From IMG/VR virus record IMGVR_UViG_3300025010_000044: a DNA stretch of 24,769 bases. One strand, 5' to 3'. The position numbers and the translations under genes are program-made. Under the pieces are notes generated by a model. The model did not search any database. It was not told the origin of the DNA and was given only the letters and a program-made list of their open reading frames with translations. This DNA comes from an uncultured virus (IMG/VR IMGVR_UViG_3300025010_000044). Lineage: Duplodnaviria > Heunggongvirae > Uroviricota > Caudoviricetes. Positions within the stretch are counted from its first letter, which is position 1, and each line of letters begins with the position of its first letter. Shown piece after piece: positions 24,231-24,769 of the stretch.

Positions 24231-24769
24231 ATGAAAAACGTAGGAATAAATATAGGTTTAATCTTAGTATTAATTGGACTTGGAATACTTGGATATCTTA
24301 ATTTCAAAAAGAATTTTTTGATCGATCAACAAAACGCAAAAATTGAAACTCAGTTGGAAGCGAATAAAAAGTTAGTTGAGAAATATGATTCGTTAACCCG
24401 AGCGAGAAACGATAGCATAGTTACGATCGATCATTATATTTACATCAAAGGAAAAGAGAAAGAAAAAACGAAGGAAGAAATTAAGAATACTTCCAATGTT
24501 GATAGTGTAATCGCTAACTATGAGAAATTCCGGCCCGGAGAAAGCGGGATAAAGGCGATTGATAGCAATGCTATAAATATTCCAAAAGAAGAAGTTAAAT
24601 TTGTTACGGAAAAATTTATTGATCTGAATTTTCTGAATGAGATCAAAGTACCGGGTTTAGAAGAACAGATAGGGATATGGAAAAGGATTTGTACGGATAA
24701 GGATTCTATAAATTCTGTAAAGGATAATTCGATTAACCTGTTAATGACTGAGGTTAAAAATTTAACTCC
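24231..24769 (+). CDS. Membrane-anchored coiled-coil protein, possible spanin (3' truncated, >179 aa)
   Basis: AGGTG SD, ATG 24231, N-terminal TM helix (IGLILVLIGLGILGYL), then a helical soluble region. Open to the window end; not in the ORF track. Confidence 0.65.
   Translation, partial: MKNVGINIGLILVLIGLGILGYLNFKKNFLIDQQNAKIETQLEANKKLVEKYDSLTRARNDSIVTIDHYIYIKGKEKEKTKEEIKNTSNVDSVIANYEKFRPGESGIKAIDSNAINIPKEEVKFVTEKFIDLNFLNEIKVPGLEEQIGIWKRICTDKDSINSVKDNSINLLMTEVKNLT

Larger units (their letters stand above)
1..24769 (+). mobile_element. Myovirus-type phage/prophage tail and baseplate morphogenesis region
   Basis: Co-oriented, tightly packed genes in canonical order: sheath, tube, chaperone, tape measure, hub, spike, baseplate wedge, fibre. 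Also an endolysin and a DGR. No host housekeeping genes or att/integrase visible. Confidence 0.95.

Noticed and set aside
1..24769. CRISPR array, tRNA/rRNA genes, or stop-codon reassignment
   Set aside because: No regularly spaced repeats or RNA-gene signatures seen. Genes tile the window at full length under the standard code, and TAA, TGA and TAG all act as stops.

Overview
Virion-morphogenesis region of a contractile-tailed (myovirus-type) phage or prophage, with all credible genes on the + strand. Gene order: neck/head-tail protein, tail completion protein, modular endolysin, tail sheath, tail tube, tail chaperone with a -1 frameshift, tape measure, baseplate hub, spike, wedge (LysM/gp25-like, J-like, I-like), tail fibre, and a truncated spanin-like membrane protein. 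Two blocks interrupt the structural operon. (1) A complete diversity-generating retroelement (DGR) at about 16434-20337 in target(VR)-avd-TR-RT order. By manual alignment, TR (19028-19143) and VR (18489-18604) differ at 19 of 116 positions, 18 of them at TR adenines. The target is a 726-aa fibre/adhesin whose lectin-like core carries nested domain insertions. It is preceded by a small beta-protein and an unannotated 37-aa ORF that shares a motif with a baseplate protein. (2) An insulated six-gene cassette (about 1135-3650) with its own sigma70-like promoter overlapped by a perfect 20-bp palindrome, identical gene-junction sequences and a terminal HTH gene. A conserved ~80-bp element (exact 16-mer plus three GTATT boxes) lies directly before two structural genes and is a candidate late promoter. 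Protein calls come from motif recognition and synteny only; no database search was run.
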